Shown here: positions 54,851 to 63,787 of the stretch, piece by piece
Layout of the letters: the number at the start of each line of letters is the position of its first letter
Position numbering within the stretch: the first letter of the stretch is position 1
Assembly (NCBI GenBank): GCA_964585295.1
Contig: CAZPCY010000003.1
Coordinates: 66,990 to 130,989, forward strand
Reading direction: 5' to 3'
DNA length: 64,000 nt
Source of the DNA: an uncultured Candidatus Poseidoniales archaeon
GTDB taxonomy: Archaea > Thermoplasmatota > Poseidoniia > Poseidoniales > Thalassarchaeaceae
Notes under the pieces: model-generated
What the model was told of the DNA's origin: nothing
Database searches by the model: none
Seen by the model: the letters and a program-made list of their open reading frames with translations, nothing else
Program-made: the position numbers and the translations under genes

Positions 54851-55618
54851 GTGGGCGACATGGTTAGCGAGGCCGCCAACGCTGCGTACGTGGACTCGGT
54901 CGAGAGGGTGGTCGAGGCGTTCGCCTCAGGACACCCGGTGCTGTTGTTCGACAGCGCCTTCCGAGAGTGCGAGACCGACCTGCTGTTCCCGGGCAGCGCT
55001 GCCACCCCTGAGGCGATTCGACGCCTACGTAGCGATTGCGGAGGCCTGCTCTTTCTTGCCATCGGAGATGAGGTCGGGGCCGCCTTCGGCCTCCCATGGC
55101 TTCAGGACATCCACACCCACGCAGCGCTGGTCGATCAACACCCCGTGCTCGGTCGTCTGATCACCGACGATCTGCAGTACGACTCCCGCTCCGCCTTCAC
55201 CCTCTCCCTCAACCACCGCGACACCTTCACCGGCATCACCGACCGCGATCGATCGCTCACGACGCGACGATTCGCGGATCTCTGGTCAGAGTTGCAGACT
55301 GCGGCCGATGATAGCGGAATCTCAGGCATCAGCAAGGAAAACGCCATCGAGGCACTCGGCGCCGAGTTCCGAACCCCTGGCCACATCCCGGTATGTCGCG
55401 AAGCGCCGGGTGGACTCGCCACGAGACAGGGGCATACCGAACTCGCGGTCGCGATAGCGCGGCTCGCGGGGATCGCGCCCGTCGTGATAGGTGCTGAGAT
55501 GCTGGAGCGGGATGGAGATTCGGCGCTATCGGTCGAAGATGCACGCGCCTACGGCGAAGCGCACGGTATCCCGTTCGCTTCCGGCGAGGACGTGCTCCGA
55601 GCGAGTGGGCTCGGTTGA
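54851..55618 (+). CDS. ribB: 3,4-dihydroxy-2-butanone 4-phosphate synthase
   Basis: 'FDSAFRECETDLLF' corresponds to the DENRENEGDL region, with a Cys variant. 'FRTPGHIPVC' (FRxPGHIFPL). Stand-alone ~255 aa. Confidence 0.7.
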   Translation: MGDMVSEAANAAYVDSVERVVEAFASGHPVLLFDSAFRECETDLLFPGSAATPEAIRRLRSDCGGLLFLAIGDEVGAAFGLPWLQDIHTHAALVDQHPVLGRLITDDLQYDSRSAFTLSLNHRDTFTGITDRDRSLTTRRFADLWSELQTAADDSGISGISKENAIEALGAEFRTPGHIPVCREAPGGLATRQGHTELAVAIARLAGIAPVVIGAEMLERDGDSALSVEDARAYGEAHGIPFASGEDVLRASGLG

Positions 55619-55669
55619 GCAAGGGTCATCATCGCCGGCCGACAAGGGGGAGCGGGGAGGCAGGTCGGG

Positions 55670-56134
55670 ATGTTACGTGTGATGGCGGTCGGGGTGTTCG
55701 ACCTGCTGCATGCAGGTCACCTACACTATCTGGAGCAGGCGAAGGAGCTCGGCGACCATCTCACAGTCGTCGTCGCACACGACGACACGGTCCGCAAACG
55801 GAAGCACGAGCCTGTGACCGGGATGGAACTGCGAAGGCGGATGGTCTCGGGACTGAAGCCGGTCGATGAAGCACTGATTGGGAAGCCGCCATCCGATTCG
55901 ATGTTCGACGTCGTGGCAGTCGTCGAGCCTGACATCATCGCCTTGGGATACGATCAGGACCACGCCGAGAAGTGGATCCGCGACGAATTGGAGAGACGAG
56001 GGCTTGGCCACATCGGGGTGACGCGCGTCGAGGGACTCTCGGATGATCTCGACGGGACACGCCGGATTATCGAACGGATCCTAGACCTGTGGTCGGCGAG
56101 AGCGCGACTCGAAGAGGTGGAGGGTGGCGACTGA
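55670..56134 (+). CDS. ribL: FAD synthetase / FMN adenylyltransferase, archaeal RibL type (cytidylyltransferase fold)
   Basis: 'MAVGVFDLLHAGHLHYLEQAKELGDHLTVVVAHDDTV' nucleotidyltransferase H-x-G-H motif. 154 aa. Sits inside the riboflavin cluster. Confidence 0.65.
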   Translation: MLRVMAVGVFDLLHAGHLHYLEQAKELGDHLTVVVAHDDTVRKRKHEPVTGMELRRRMVSGLKPVDEALIGKPPSDSMFDVVAVVEPDIIALGYDQDHAEKWIRDELERRGLGHIGVTRVEGLSDDLDGTRRIIERILDLWSARARLEEVEGGD

Positions 56135-56751
56135 TGTTCAGTGGCATCGTGCAAGGGGTTGGAACCGTCGCCACCGTCGAGGAGCATGCGGATTTCACCA
56201 CCGTCGCCATAGACCTGCCTTCCGGCCGTGGCGGTCTGGCCGTCGGCGCCAGCGTCGCCATCGACGGGGTTTGCCTGACGGCAACGGAGGTGGCCGGGGA
56301 TCGGGCGACCTTCGATCTGATTCCTGAGACCCTCGCGAGAACCACCTTGGATACGCTCGGTGAGAGCGACCGGGTCAATGTCGAACGATCGCTCCGGTTC
56401 GGCGACGAGATTGGCGGCCACATCCTCTCCGGTCATGTGATGACGACCGGGGCGATTGAATCGGTCGAGAAAGGTGAAGGGACCATGGACCTCACGGTTC
56501 GGGTGGAGCAGGACCTCTCACGCTTCATCCTAGAGAAGGGCTTCATCGCCATTGATGGGATCAGTTTGACCGTTGGGGGTGTCGATGGCGAAGGTTGCTT
56601 CGACCTTCACATCATTCCGGAGACCATACGAATGACGACGCTGGCGGAGAAGAGCGAAGGGGAGAGGGTAAATGTCGAAATCGACGCCACGACGCAGGCC
56701 GTCGTCGAGGCGATGGAGAGATATGGACGACTCTCGGAGGGCGCAACATGA
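56134..56751 (+). CDS. ribE: riboflavin synthase (alpha subunit, two lumazine-binding repeats)
   Basis: 'MFSGIVQGVGTV' start and a second repeat 'VMTTGAIESVEKGEG...'. The ATG overlaps the ribL stop. The ORF-track start at 56089 is an extension. Confidence 0.8.
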   Translation: MFSGIVQGVGTVATVEEHADFTTVAIDLPSGRGGLAVGASVAIDGVCLTATEVAGDRATFDLIPETLARTTLDTLGESDRVNVERSLRFGDEIGGHILSGHVMTTGAIESVEKGEGTMDLTVRVEQDLSRFILEKGFIAIDGISLTVGGVDGEGCFDLHIIPETIRMTTLAEKSEGERVNVEIDATTQAVVEAMERYGRLSEGAT

Positions 56752-57236
56752 GCAGTGATGGGCCACCATCCCCACCACCTCGTCCAGAGGGATTCGATGC
56801 TACGGTAATCCCGAGCGATGCGCAGCCGTTGAGCGGCGTCAGACCGCGCATCGTACTGGTCTGCGGCGCGTTCCATCGCACCGAGGTGTCGATAATGATT
56901 GGTCATGCGCGCGCCGAGGCAGACTCGTGCGGCATCGAGGTGGCCGAGATAGTCTGGGTGAATGGCGCTATGGAGATGCCGCTGGCGTTGCAGCGGCAAC
57001 TGTCCCGGGAGGACGTCGACTGCGCGGCCACCCTAGGGATCATCGAGGCTGGACAGACACAACACGGCTTGGCAATGGGGCAAGCGGTGATTCGTTCGAT
57101 CATCGACCTGCAACTCGCCTTCGACAAGCCGATTGGCCTAGGAATAATCGGTCCGGGCGCTCGGCCAGAGCACATCGACCCAAGGCTGGAGCCGCACGCG
57201 CGCGCCGCGGTGCGCGCCGCCGCCAACCCCCTCTGA
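56748..57236 (+). CDS. ribH: 6,7-dimethyl-8-ribityllumazine synthase
   Basis: 'RIVLVCGAFHRTEVSIMIGHA', 'VNGAMEMPLALQ' and 'GIIGPGARPEHID' resemble the lumazine synthase fold. Start re-set to the ATG at 56748, which overlaps the ribE stop. Confidence 0.6.
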   Translation: MSSDGPPSPPPRPEGFDATVIPSDAQPLSGVRPRIVLVCGAFHRTEVSIMIGHARAEADSCGIEVAEIVWVNGAMEMPLALQRQLSREDVDCAATLGIIEAGQTQHGLAMGQAVIRSIIDLQLAFDKPIGLGIIGPGARPEHIDPRLEPHARAAVRAAANPL

Positions 57237-57294
57237 TGGTCAACTGAAGGGCTGGGAGCAGGGTTGAAGGACGGGCTTCGGCTCGCGCCGGCTC

Positions 57295-58275
57295 ATGACC
57301 GACGAATCGGCTGTCGAGTACGGCGGCGACGGTGATGTGGCTGTTGATACGATTCGGAATGTGATCATCATCGGCAGCGGTCCGGCCGGCTACACAGCTG
57401 GTCTCTACACCGCGAGAGCACTGCTTGAACCGCTGATGTTCGCCGGCTACATGTCGGGAGGGCAACTGATGCTCACCAGCGATGTGGAGAACTTCCCCGG
57501 CTACCCGGAAGGAGTGGGTGGGCCTGAGATGATGGTGCACATGCGCGCTCAGGCGGAGCGGTTCGGTCTTGAGGTTCGCGATGTCAATGTGGAGAGGGTC
57601 GATCTCGTGGAGAGGCCATACACAGTCTGGGTCGAGGGGGAAGCGCATCGAGCCCACGCTCTGATTGTATGCACGGGAGCCGAGGCAATCTGGCTGGACG
57701 CCGAAGGAGAGGCGGAACAGCGTGGCAAGGGTATCAGCACCTGTGCGACCTGTGATGGTGCCTTCTTCCGCGACGAGGAGATTGTGGTCATCGGTGGCGG
57801 TGATTCGGCGATGGAGGAAGCGACCTTCCTGACGAGATTCGCGTCGAAGGTGACGATACTGCATCGACGCGACTACTTCCGGGCATCCAAGGTGATGCTG
57901 GACCGGGCGAGGGAGAACCCGAAGATTGAGATTCGCACTTGGCGGACCGTCAAGGGGTGGCTAGCGGATGAGAAAGGCCTCTCGGGAGCTCTTCTGGAGG
58001 ACCCACGCGATGGAAGCACAGAGGAAATCGCCTGCACCGGCGCGTTCATCGCGATTGGTCACACTCCAATCACCTCTTTCCTCGATGGCCAAATCGAGAC
58101 GGACGACTCCGGTTACATCCTGCATCGAGAGAACACCATGACCAGCGTGCCGGGCGTTTTCGCGGCCGGCGATGTCGTGGACACCCGTTACCGGCAGGCG
58201 ATTACCGCCGCCGGCATGGGGTGCCAAGCGGCGATCGATGCTGAACGATGGCTAGAGGACGAGATCCACTCCTGA
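57295..58275 (+). CDS. trxB: thioredoxin-disulfide reductase
   Basis: 'VIIIGSGPAGYTAGLYTARA', redox-active 'CATCDG', and NADPH site 'VVIGGGDSAMEEATFL'. Confidence 0.85.
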   Translation: MTDESAVEYGGDGDVAVDTIRNVIIIGSGPAGYTAGLYTARALLEPLMFAGYMSGGQLMLTSDVENFPGYPEGVGGPEMMVHMRAQAERFGLEVRDVNVERVDLVERPYTVWVEGEAHRAHALIVCTGAEAIWLDAEGEAEQRGKGISTCATCDGAFFRDEEIVVIGGGDSAMEEATFLTRFASKVTILHRRDYFRASKVMLDRARENPKIEIRTWRTVKGWLADEKGLSGALLEDPRDGSTEEIACTGAFIAIGHTPITSFLDGQIETDDSGYILHRENTMTSVPGVFAAGDVVDTRYRQAITAAGMGCQAAIDAERWLEDEIHS

Positions 58276-58322
58276 CCGGTATCGGATGGAATGGCGCAGT
58301 TTCATCCGCTGGGGACCCGCCC

Positions 58323-59501
58323 ATGGGAACGATGGAGGGGTTGTCGGATGCGGAGCGGGTGCGGTACGCGCGTCATCTCACCCTGCCCCAAGTTGGGGCC
58401 GAAGGGCAGCGGCGGCTGAAGTCGGCGACTATCGTCTGCGTTGGTGCCGGTGGCTTGGGATCGCCAGCGCTGCTCTACCTCGCCGCAGCGGGCATCGGAA
58501 CCCTGCGAATCATCGATGACGACCGTGTGGACATCACCAACCTGCAGCGGCAAATCGTCCATCCGACCGCTGCCATCGGGACGGCGAAGGTGGAGAGCGC
58601 TCGGGCGTCCTTGACGGCGATCAACCCAGAGGTCGCCATCGAGATGTTTGACGAGCGTCTGAACGCTGACAACGCTCTCGACCTGTTGCGCGGCTCTGAT
58701 TGCGTAATCGACGGCACGGACAACCTCGCGAGTCGGTTCCTTCTGAACGACGCCTGTGAGGTGCTCGACCTGCCTTGGGTCCATGCGAGCGTGTTCAGGT
58801 TTGAGGGGCAAGTGACTACGTTCAATCTACAAGAAGGCCCGAACTACCGCGATCTGTTGCCTTCACCCCCCCCCCCGGGTTCCACACCATCTTGTGCCGA
58901 AGCAGGGGTGCTCGGGGTGCTCCCTGGGACCATGGGGATGCTGCAGGCATGCGAGGCGATCAAAGTCGTACTCGGACTGGGTGAGCCGCTGCGTGGCCGT
59001 CTGCTGCTATTCGATGCGTTGGCGATGGAATTCCGTGAAATGCGCTTCTCGCCACTGGAAGGAAGGGTGCGAGCCAGCGCACTCGACCGAACAGCCGACT
59101 ACGCAGATCATTCTTGCACCTCCGAAGCCGGAGTCGCAGCCTCTGAACAGGATTCTCCCAAACTCGTGATGGGTGTGTCACAGATGCGAGCCAGCGACTT
59201 CGTCGCCAGGCGAGACGACGGTTGGAAACCCTATCTCCTAGACGTGAGAAGAGCGGCCGAAGAGATGATCGTCACCCTGCCGGGGACCGATGCGAGGATC
59301 GAACACGTGCATGTTCTAGGTTCGCTCGATGGGATACCGAGAGACCGTGATGTCGTCGTCTACTGCCGAACCGGGGTGCGATCGAACGCCGTCGCAGCTG
59401 CGCTGATCGAATGCGGTTGGAAGCGAGCCGCGGTCTGGAATCTCGCCGGCGGGATACACTCCTGGTCCGATGAGATCGACGCGGGGGTTCCGAAGTACTG
59501 A
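58323..59501 (+). CDS. MoeB/ThiF-type E1-like adenylyltransferase fused to C-terminal rhodanese domain (MoeZ/UbaA-like)
   Basis: 'IVCVGAGGLGSPALLYLAAAGIG', 'PCYRDLLPSPPPPGSTPSCAEAGVLGVL' and a rhodanese active-site 'VVYCRTGVRS'. The ORF-track start at 58248 overlaps trxB; the ATG at 58323 (MGTMEGLSD) is adopted. Confidence 0.8.
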   Translation: MGTMEGLSDAERVRYARHLTLPQVGAEGQRRLKSATIVCVGAGGLGSPALLYLAAAGIGTLRIIDDDRVDITNLQRQIVHPTAAIGTAKVESARASLTAINPEVAIEMFDERLNADNALDLLRGSDCVIDGTDNLASRFLLNDACEVLDLPWVHASVFRFEGQVTTFNLQEGPNYRDLLPSPPPPGSTPSCAEAGVLGVLPGTMGMLQACEAIKVVLGLGEPLRGRLLLFDALAMEFREMRFSPLEGRVRASALDRTADYADHSCTSEAGVAASEQDSPKLVMGVSQMRASDFVARRDDGWKPYLLDVRRAAEEMIVTLPGTDARIEHVHVLGSLDGIPRDRDVVVYCRTGVRSNAVAAALIECGWKRAAVWNLAGGIHSWSDEIDAGVPKY

Positions 59502-59698
59502 CGTGAGTCGGGCCGTCCGTGAACCCTAGTCATCTGGAATCGGGCTTGACCTTGCTACGCAATGGTAGATGAGCGGTTTGAAGACCCTTGTCCTTTGAGA
59601 TCGGATGGCCCCCCGCCGCCTAGATATTATGCGATGGGAGGGGGCCAGCACATCGGCAGCGCGAGGGTTCAAGGCGTGGCTCACGCCGTCGTCGCGCG

Positions 59699-60775
59699 AT
59701 GCCGCTGGTCATCATCGCCGACGAGAACGATGGTCGGCGCAATCTACTCGCCTCGTCAATCGAGCGCGCCGGCTTCGAGGTAACGAGGGCGTCAACGCTG
59801 CGGCAATGCGAGGGAACCGCTCTGGCGACTATGGCCGACGTGGTCCTGATCGAAGGCGACTGGTCGACCGGCGACGCGCTCAGCGCAGCCGGTCGCCTGA
59901 CCGGTGATGCCGAATTCGAACTGAAGAGCCGCGTCGTAATCCTCTCCGGTGACAACAGTCAGGACTACCTGATATCGGCAGGTCAGGCGGGTGTCTCCGA
60001 GGTCATCTCAAAGCCGGTTGACATGGGCAAGCTGCTCGAACAAATCACCAAACATGCGAACAAGATGTTCGTACCTCCCCCCGGAGGAGTCGAGAAGGGC
60101 AAATCCGGAACCGGGATGTTCGAGGTAAATCTGGTCGCCGACGAGCCATCATGGGCGCTTCCCATCTTGCAGGATCTGCTAGGCGAGGATGCAATCAACG
60201 AGGAATTCGTCAATCAGTTACTCACAGACATGGAACTTGGCATTGACGGACTCGATGTTGAGACCACTGAGAACCTGCTTAGGACGGCGTTCGATCGACT
60301 CATTCACGGCGCTGAGGAACATGTATCCGAGATGGAGGCAAAGCGCGATGGCCTTGATGCGGATGACGAAGATGGAGATAGCGACGGCGACGGTGGGGCT
60401 CCCGCCTTCGGCAGCAGTCGCATGCTCAAGGCTATGGAGAGGAGAGCGAAGAGGATTGAGGAAGAGATCGCAGCATCGTTGGAGAATCTCATGGACATGC
60501 CAGACGAGATTGCAATTCTGACAGAGGACACCGGCCTAAAAACGATCGACCCGGACTCTCTGAAATTCACTCGCACGACCTTGGAGACGGTTCACGAATT
60601 GCTCTTCGATTTGGCGATACCCGGGCGACTGGTGGATGTCACCCGTTCGACGCAGGTCATGGATGCCGCCGAGATGACAAAGGACGCCTTGGACTCTCTT
60701 CCTCCGGAGGAGTTGGATGACGAGGAGGACGACGAAGACGCCGATGATCCAGAACTCAAGACTGCGGCCGACTGA
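59699..60775 (+). CDS. CheY-like receiver-domain protein with Glu at the phospho-acceptor position and long acidic C-terminal region
   Basis: 'MPLVIIADENDGRRNLLASSIERAGFEVTRA...ADVVLIEGDWSTGD': the acidic pocket (DEND) is present, but the position normally holding the phosphorylatable Asp reads E in 'VVLIEGDW'. The C-terminal ~230 aa are D/E-rich. Confidence 0.5.
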   Translation: MPLVIIADENDGRRNLLASSIERAGFEVTRASTLRQCEGTALATMADVVLIEGDWSTGDALSAAGRLTGDAEFELKSRVVILSGDNSQDYLISAGQAGVSEVISKPVDMGKLLEQITKHANKMFVPPPGGVEKGKSGTGMFEVNLVADEPSWALPILQDLLGEDAINEEFVNQLLTDMELGIDGLDVETTENLLRTAFDRLIHGAEEHVSEMEAKRDGLDADDEDGDSDGDGGAPAFGSSRMLKAMERRAKRIEEEIAASLENLMDMPDEIAILTEDTGLKTIDPDSLKFTRTTLETVHELLFDLAIPGRLVDVTRSTQVMDAAEMTKDALDSLPPEELDDEEDDEDADDPELKTAAD

Positions 60776-60787
60776 TGGGTTGGCGCA

Positions 60788-63520
60788 ATGAACCAGCAGG
60801 TTGACCCTAGTGCGTCGGAATCACTGAATTCTCCTAATCGTCATTATACGATGTATAGGGGAGCAAGCGAATCGTTTGAGAGCCGCAGTGAGAGGGAAGG
60901 GTTCGGAGCGGGAGCGATGCAGGGCGATCTGGTCGAGATCAGGGGCGCCGAATGGCGCCCAGGCCGTCATCTCGACCTCTTGCGGCCAATCGATCCAGAG
61001 GAGGTACGGGCGGAGTTACTGCGCTTCGTTGCCGAGCGCAACGACGGGCATCTCCGGCTGGTCGCTTGGTTGTGGAACGAGGTGTTCGATGACGAGGACG
61101 ATTGGGATGGCGCCGCTCTGCATCTGGCCAGCGATCGGTTCTGCCAAGCCCTGGAGCAGAATCTCAGCGAGCGTGGGCGCGAGGAGGAACTGGATGCAGT
61201 GGCGAACGCCGAGGTACTGCCTCGACGTAGTGGCAGACTCCATCTCGGGAGACGGGCGACGAGGTTTCTAATCGACATCCGACTCTGCCTGCGAAGAATC
61301 GCGTACGCAGCCGCGGCGACACTAGACCAGAGGATCGAATGGCAACGATGGATGCACCGGACCCGGGCCCTCGATGAAAACCTCAAATCGATTTTCGCGG
61401 AAGGCGTCGAGACCCCGGATGGAGATCGATTTGGAGGCAAGGGGTTCAGATCAACCTGGCAGGAGGCGGTCGTTGCGTGCGCAACATCGATGCGGAGAGC
61501 GATCGACCTACCGCCGAACGAGCGACATCGCGCCGACGTGGTCGCTCCGATGATCCGAGATGTCGGTCTTGCGCTGGCGATGGGCCAGACTCCGTTGGAG
61601 GTGTTCGCAGCTCAGGTCGGCAAGGCGGAATCGAACATGGACGGAGGGCATTTCGGCGCTGGTGGCAGGGACCTTCACATTGGAGATTGGCAGAAGCGTA
61701 TCCTACCGCCAACAGCGCCACTGCCGATAGCCGCCGCCACGACCACGGGAGTCGCTCTCGCCGCTGATACCCTCGGCATAGATCGTTTCCATCTCGCTCC
61801 GGTCGGCGAGGGGTGCAGTTCCAGCGGCGAATTCTGGGAGGCGATGAATCTCGCTGGAGCGCGAGGCCTGCCAATGGCGTTCATGATTCAGAACAACCAG
61901 ATTGCCCTTGACACCTTCGTCACCGGACAATCCGGTGTCGAGACGTTCGGCGACAAGGCGGCTGCGATGGGATTCCCTGCCTGGACGATCGATGGCAGCG
62001 ACCCCGCGCTCTTCCACGCCTCAACCGCCGTGGCGCGAGAGTTCGCGCTCGCCGGCGGAGGACCGACCTTGATCCACGTCGAGACCATGCGAGGATGCGG
62101 ACACGCTCACCACCACGACGACCTCTACCTAGGCAGCGATTCCGGCACACCGCCGGGCTATGTGGACCGAAAACTGCTGGCGTACTGGGCGGCCAAGGAA
62201 CCACTGTCGACTCATCGGGCGAGACTGATCGAATTGGGGGCCGATCCAGCCGCCTTGGCGATCATAGAAGCGGAAGAGGAGCAGGCGGTCCAGAATGCGC
62301 GCGCTGCGATGGAGAAGATGCCTTGGCCGAATCCGGACAGCGTGACCCGCGGGGTCACCTCCCTGCATGACGCCGACGCACACCTCGACCAACTGGCTCG
62401 CATCGGCACCGGTCTAGGATTGGATGCCACCGCCCTCTCAGAACGGACTGTGGCCATCGGAGAGACATCAATCGAGTTCAGTGACGAGAGAAGCGCGTGG
62501 ACGCTGGCGCGAGCCATCCAGAGCGGTATGGTCTCGATCGCCGAGCGCTACGGACGCGCGACCGTGTTCATGGGCGAGGACATGGAAGTCGCGGGAGCGT
62601 TTGGGATGAACATCCCGCTTCGAACCGCCGGTCACGGAGACCTGCTTCTCGACATGCCGCTGTCCGAGGCGTGCATCATCCACAGCGCCACCGGCGCCGC
62701 CCTCGGAGGCCTGCGGCCGATGGCGGAGATCCAATTCGGAGGATTCGCCGCCCTCGCGATGAACGCACTGCTGAACAACGCCGCGCAACTACGATGGCGG
62801 TGGGGCGCAGAGGTGCCATTGACCATCCGCATCCCCCTAGGAGCGAAGACCCGCTCCGGACCATTCCACGCCAACATGATCGAGTCGTGGTTCGCCAATG
62901 ATCCCGGTCTAGTAATCTGCTTCCCATCCACCCCTCAGGACGCCTACGACATGCTGGTCGAGGCGGCCGCACTTCCCGATCCGGTGGTCTTCCTCGAACA
63001 CATCGGAATGTACGGATTACGCGGTGGCCTAACCGGCTGGGGAGACTCGATTAGTCAGATTGTCGACACCGCGAGCGTGGAGGCGCGCATCGACGCAAGA
63101 GTTCAACCTGATACCATAGGTAAAGCGAAGGTGATCCGAGGTGGAGATGCTGCAACCATCATCACTTGGGGTGCGATGGTGCATGTCGCACTGGAAGCGG
63201 CTGGTAGGATGTCCGTCGAGGGCCATGAGGTAGAGGTCGTGGACCTGCGGACTCTTCTCCCATTCGATGCTGCGACATGTGTGGATAGCGTCCGACGGAC
63301 GGGGAGACTCATGATCCTACACGAGGCGCAGTGGACCGGCGGGCTGGGCCACACCGTGCAGAGCCGCGTACTGGAGGAGGTGTTCTGGAATCTGGAAGCG
63401 CCGCCTGTGGTCATTGGTGCTCTCGACACTCCCGTGCCGTTTGCACCGCCGCTAGAGGATCACACGATTCCTGACGTCGACCTCGTCGTCTCTCACTTGA
63501 GGGCGATGCTGGCAATCTGA
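60788..63520 (+). CDS. thiamine-diphosphate-dependent 2-oxoacid dehydrogenase E1 component, fused alpha-beta, with ~160-aa N-terminal extension
   Basis: Alpha part: 'APVGEGCSSSGEFWEAMNLAGARGLPMAFMIQNNQIALDT' (TPP motif) and 'VETMRGCGHAHHHDDLYLG'. Beta part: 'LSEACIIHSATGAALGGLRPMAEIQFGGFAALAMNALLNNAA' and 'IRIPLGAKTRSGPFHANMIESWFANDPGLVICFPSTPQDAYDML'. No E2 or E3 gene is adjacent. Confidence 0.7.
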   Translation: MNQQVDPSASESLNSPNRHYTMYRGASESFESRSEREGFGAGAMQGDLVEIRGAEWRPGRHLDLLRPIDPEEVRAELLRFVAERNDGHLRLVAWLWNEVFDDEDDWDGAALHLASDRFCQALEQNLSERGREEELDAVANAEVLPRRSGRLHLGRRATRFLIDIRLCLRRIAYAAAATLDQRIEWQRWMHRTRALDENLKSIFAEGVETPDGDRFGGKGFRSTWQEAVVACATSMRRAIDLPPNERHRADVVAPMIRDVGLALAMGQTPLEVFAAQVGKAESNMDGGHFGAGGRDLHIGDWQKRILPPTAPLPIAAATTTGVALAADTLGIDRFHLAPVGEGCSSSGEFWEAMNLAGARGLPMAFMIQNNQIALDTFVTGQSGVETFGDKAAAMGFPAWTIDGSDPALFHASTAVAREFALAGGGPTLIHVETMRGCGHAHHHDDLYLGSDSGTPPGYVDRKLLAYWAAKEPLSTHRARLIELGADPAALAIIEAEEEQAVQNARAAMEKMPWPNPDSVTRGVTSLHDADAHLDQLARIGTGLGLDATALSERTVAIGETSIEFSDERSAWTLARAIQSGMVSIAERYGRATVFMGEDMEVAGAFGMNIPLRTAGHGDLLLDMPLSEACIIHSATGAALGGLRPMAEIQFGGFAALAMNALLNNAAQLRWRWGAEVPLTIRIPLGAKTRSGPFHANMIESWFANDPGLVICFPSTPQDAYDMLVEAAALPDPVVFLEHIGMYGLRGGLTGWGDSISQIVDTASVEARIDARVQPDTIGKAKVIRGGDAATIITWGAMVHVALEAAGRMSVEGHEVEVVDLRTLLPFDAATCVDSVRRTGRLMILHEAQWTGGLGHTVQSRVLEEVFWNLEAPPVVIGALDTPVPFAPPLEDHTIPDVDLVVSHLRAMLAI

Positions 63521-63787
63521 ACAATGCATGCCAGTCTCCAAATCGACGAGTCGTGTGCTGCGGCCGCTGAGAGGCGGCGGCAGCGTCTTGAACGGACGCG
63601 CACGTGCGGCAGCATGGCGAGCGGTCGCTCCGAGACCGCAGACGCTGGCAAGGGGCCGAGGATGGGCTCGGAATCAGCACCTGAAGAGAGTGATTCCGAA
63701 ACGAAGGTTCGCTATCGGGAAAGGGACCCGAGAGAGGTCGAACTCGATCGCTGGGGTGGCGAGGAACCATTCTCGGCAAGACGGGTG

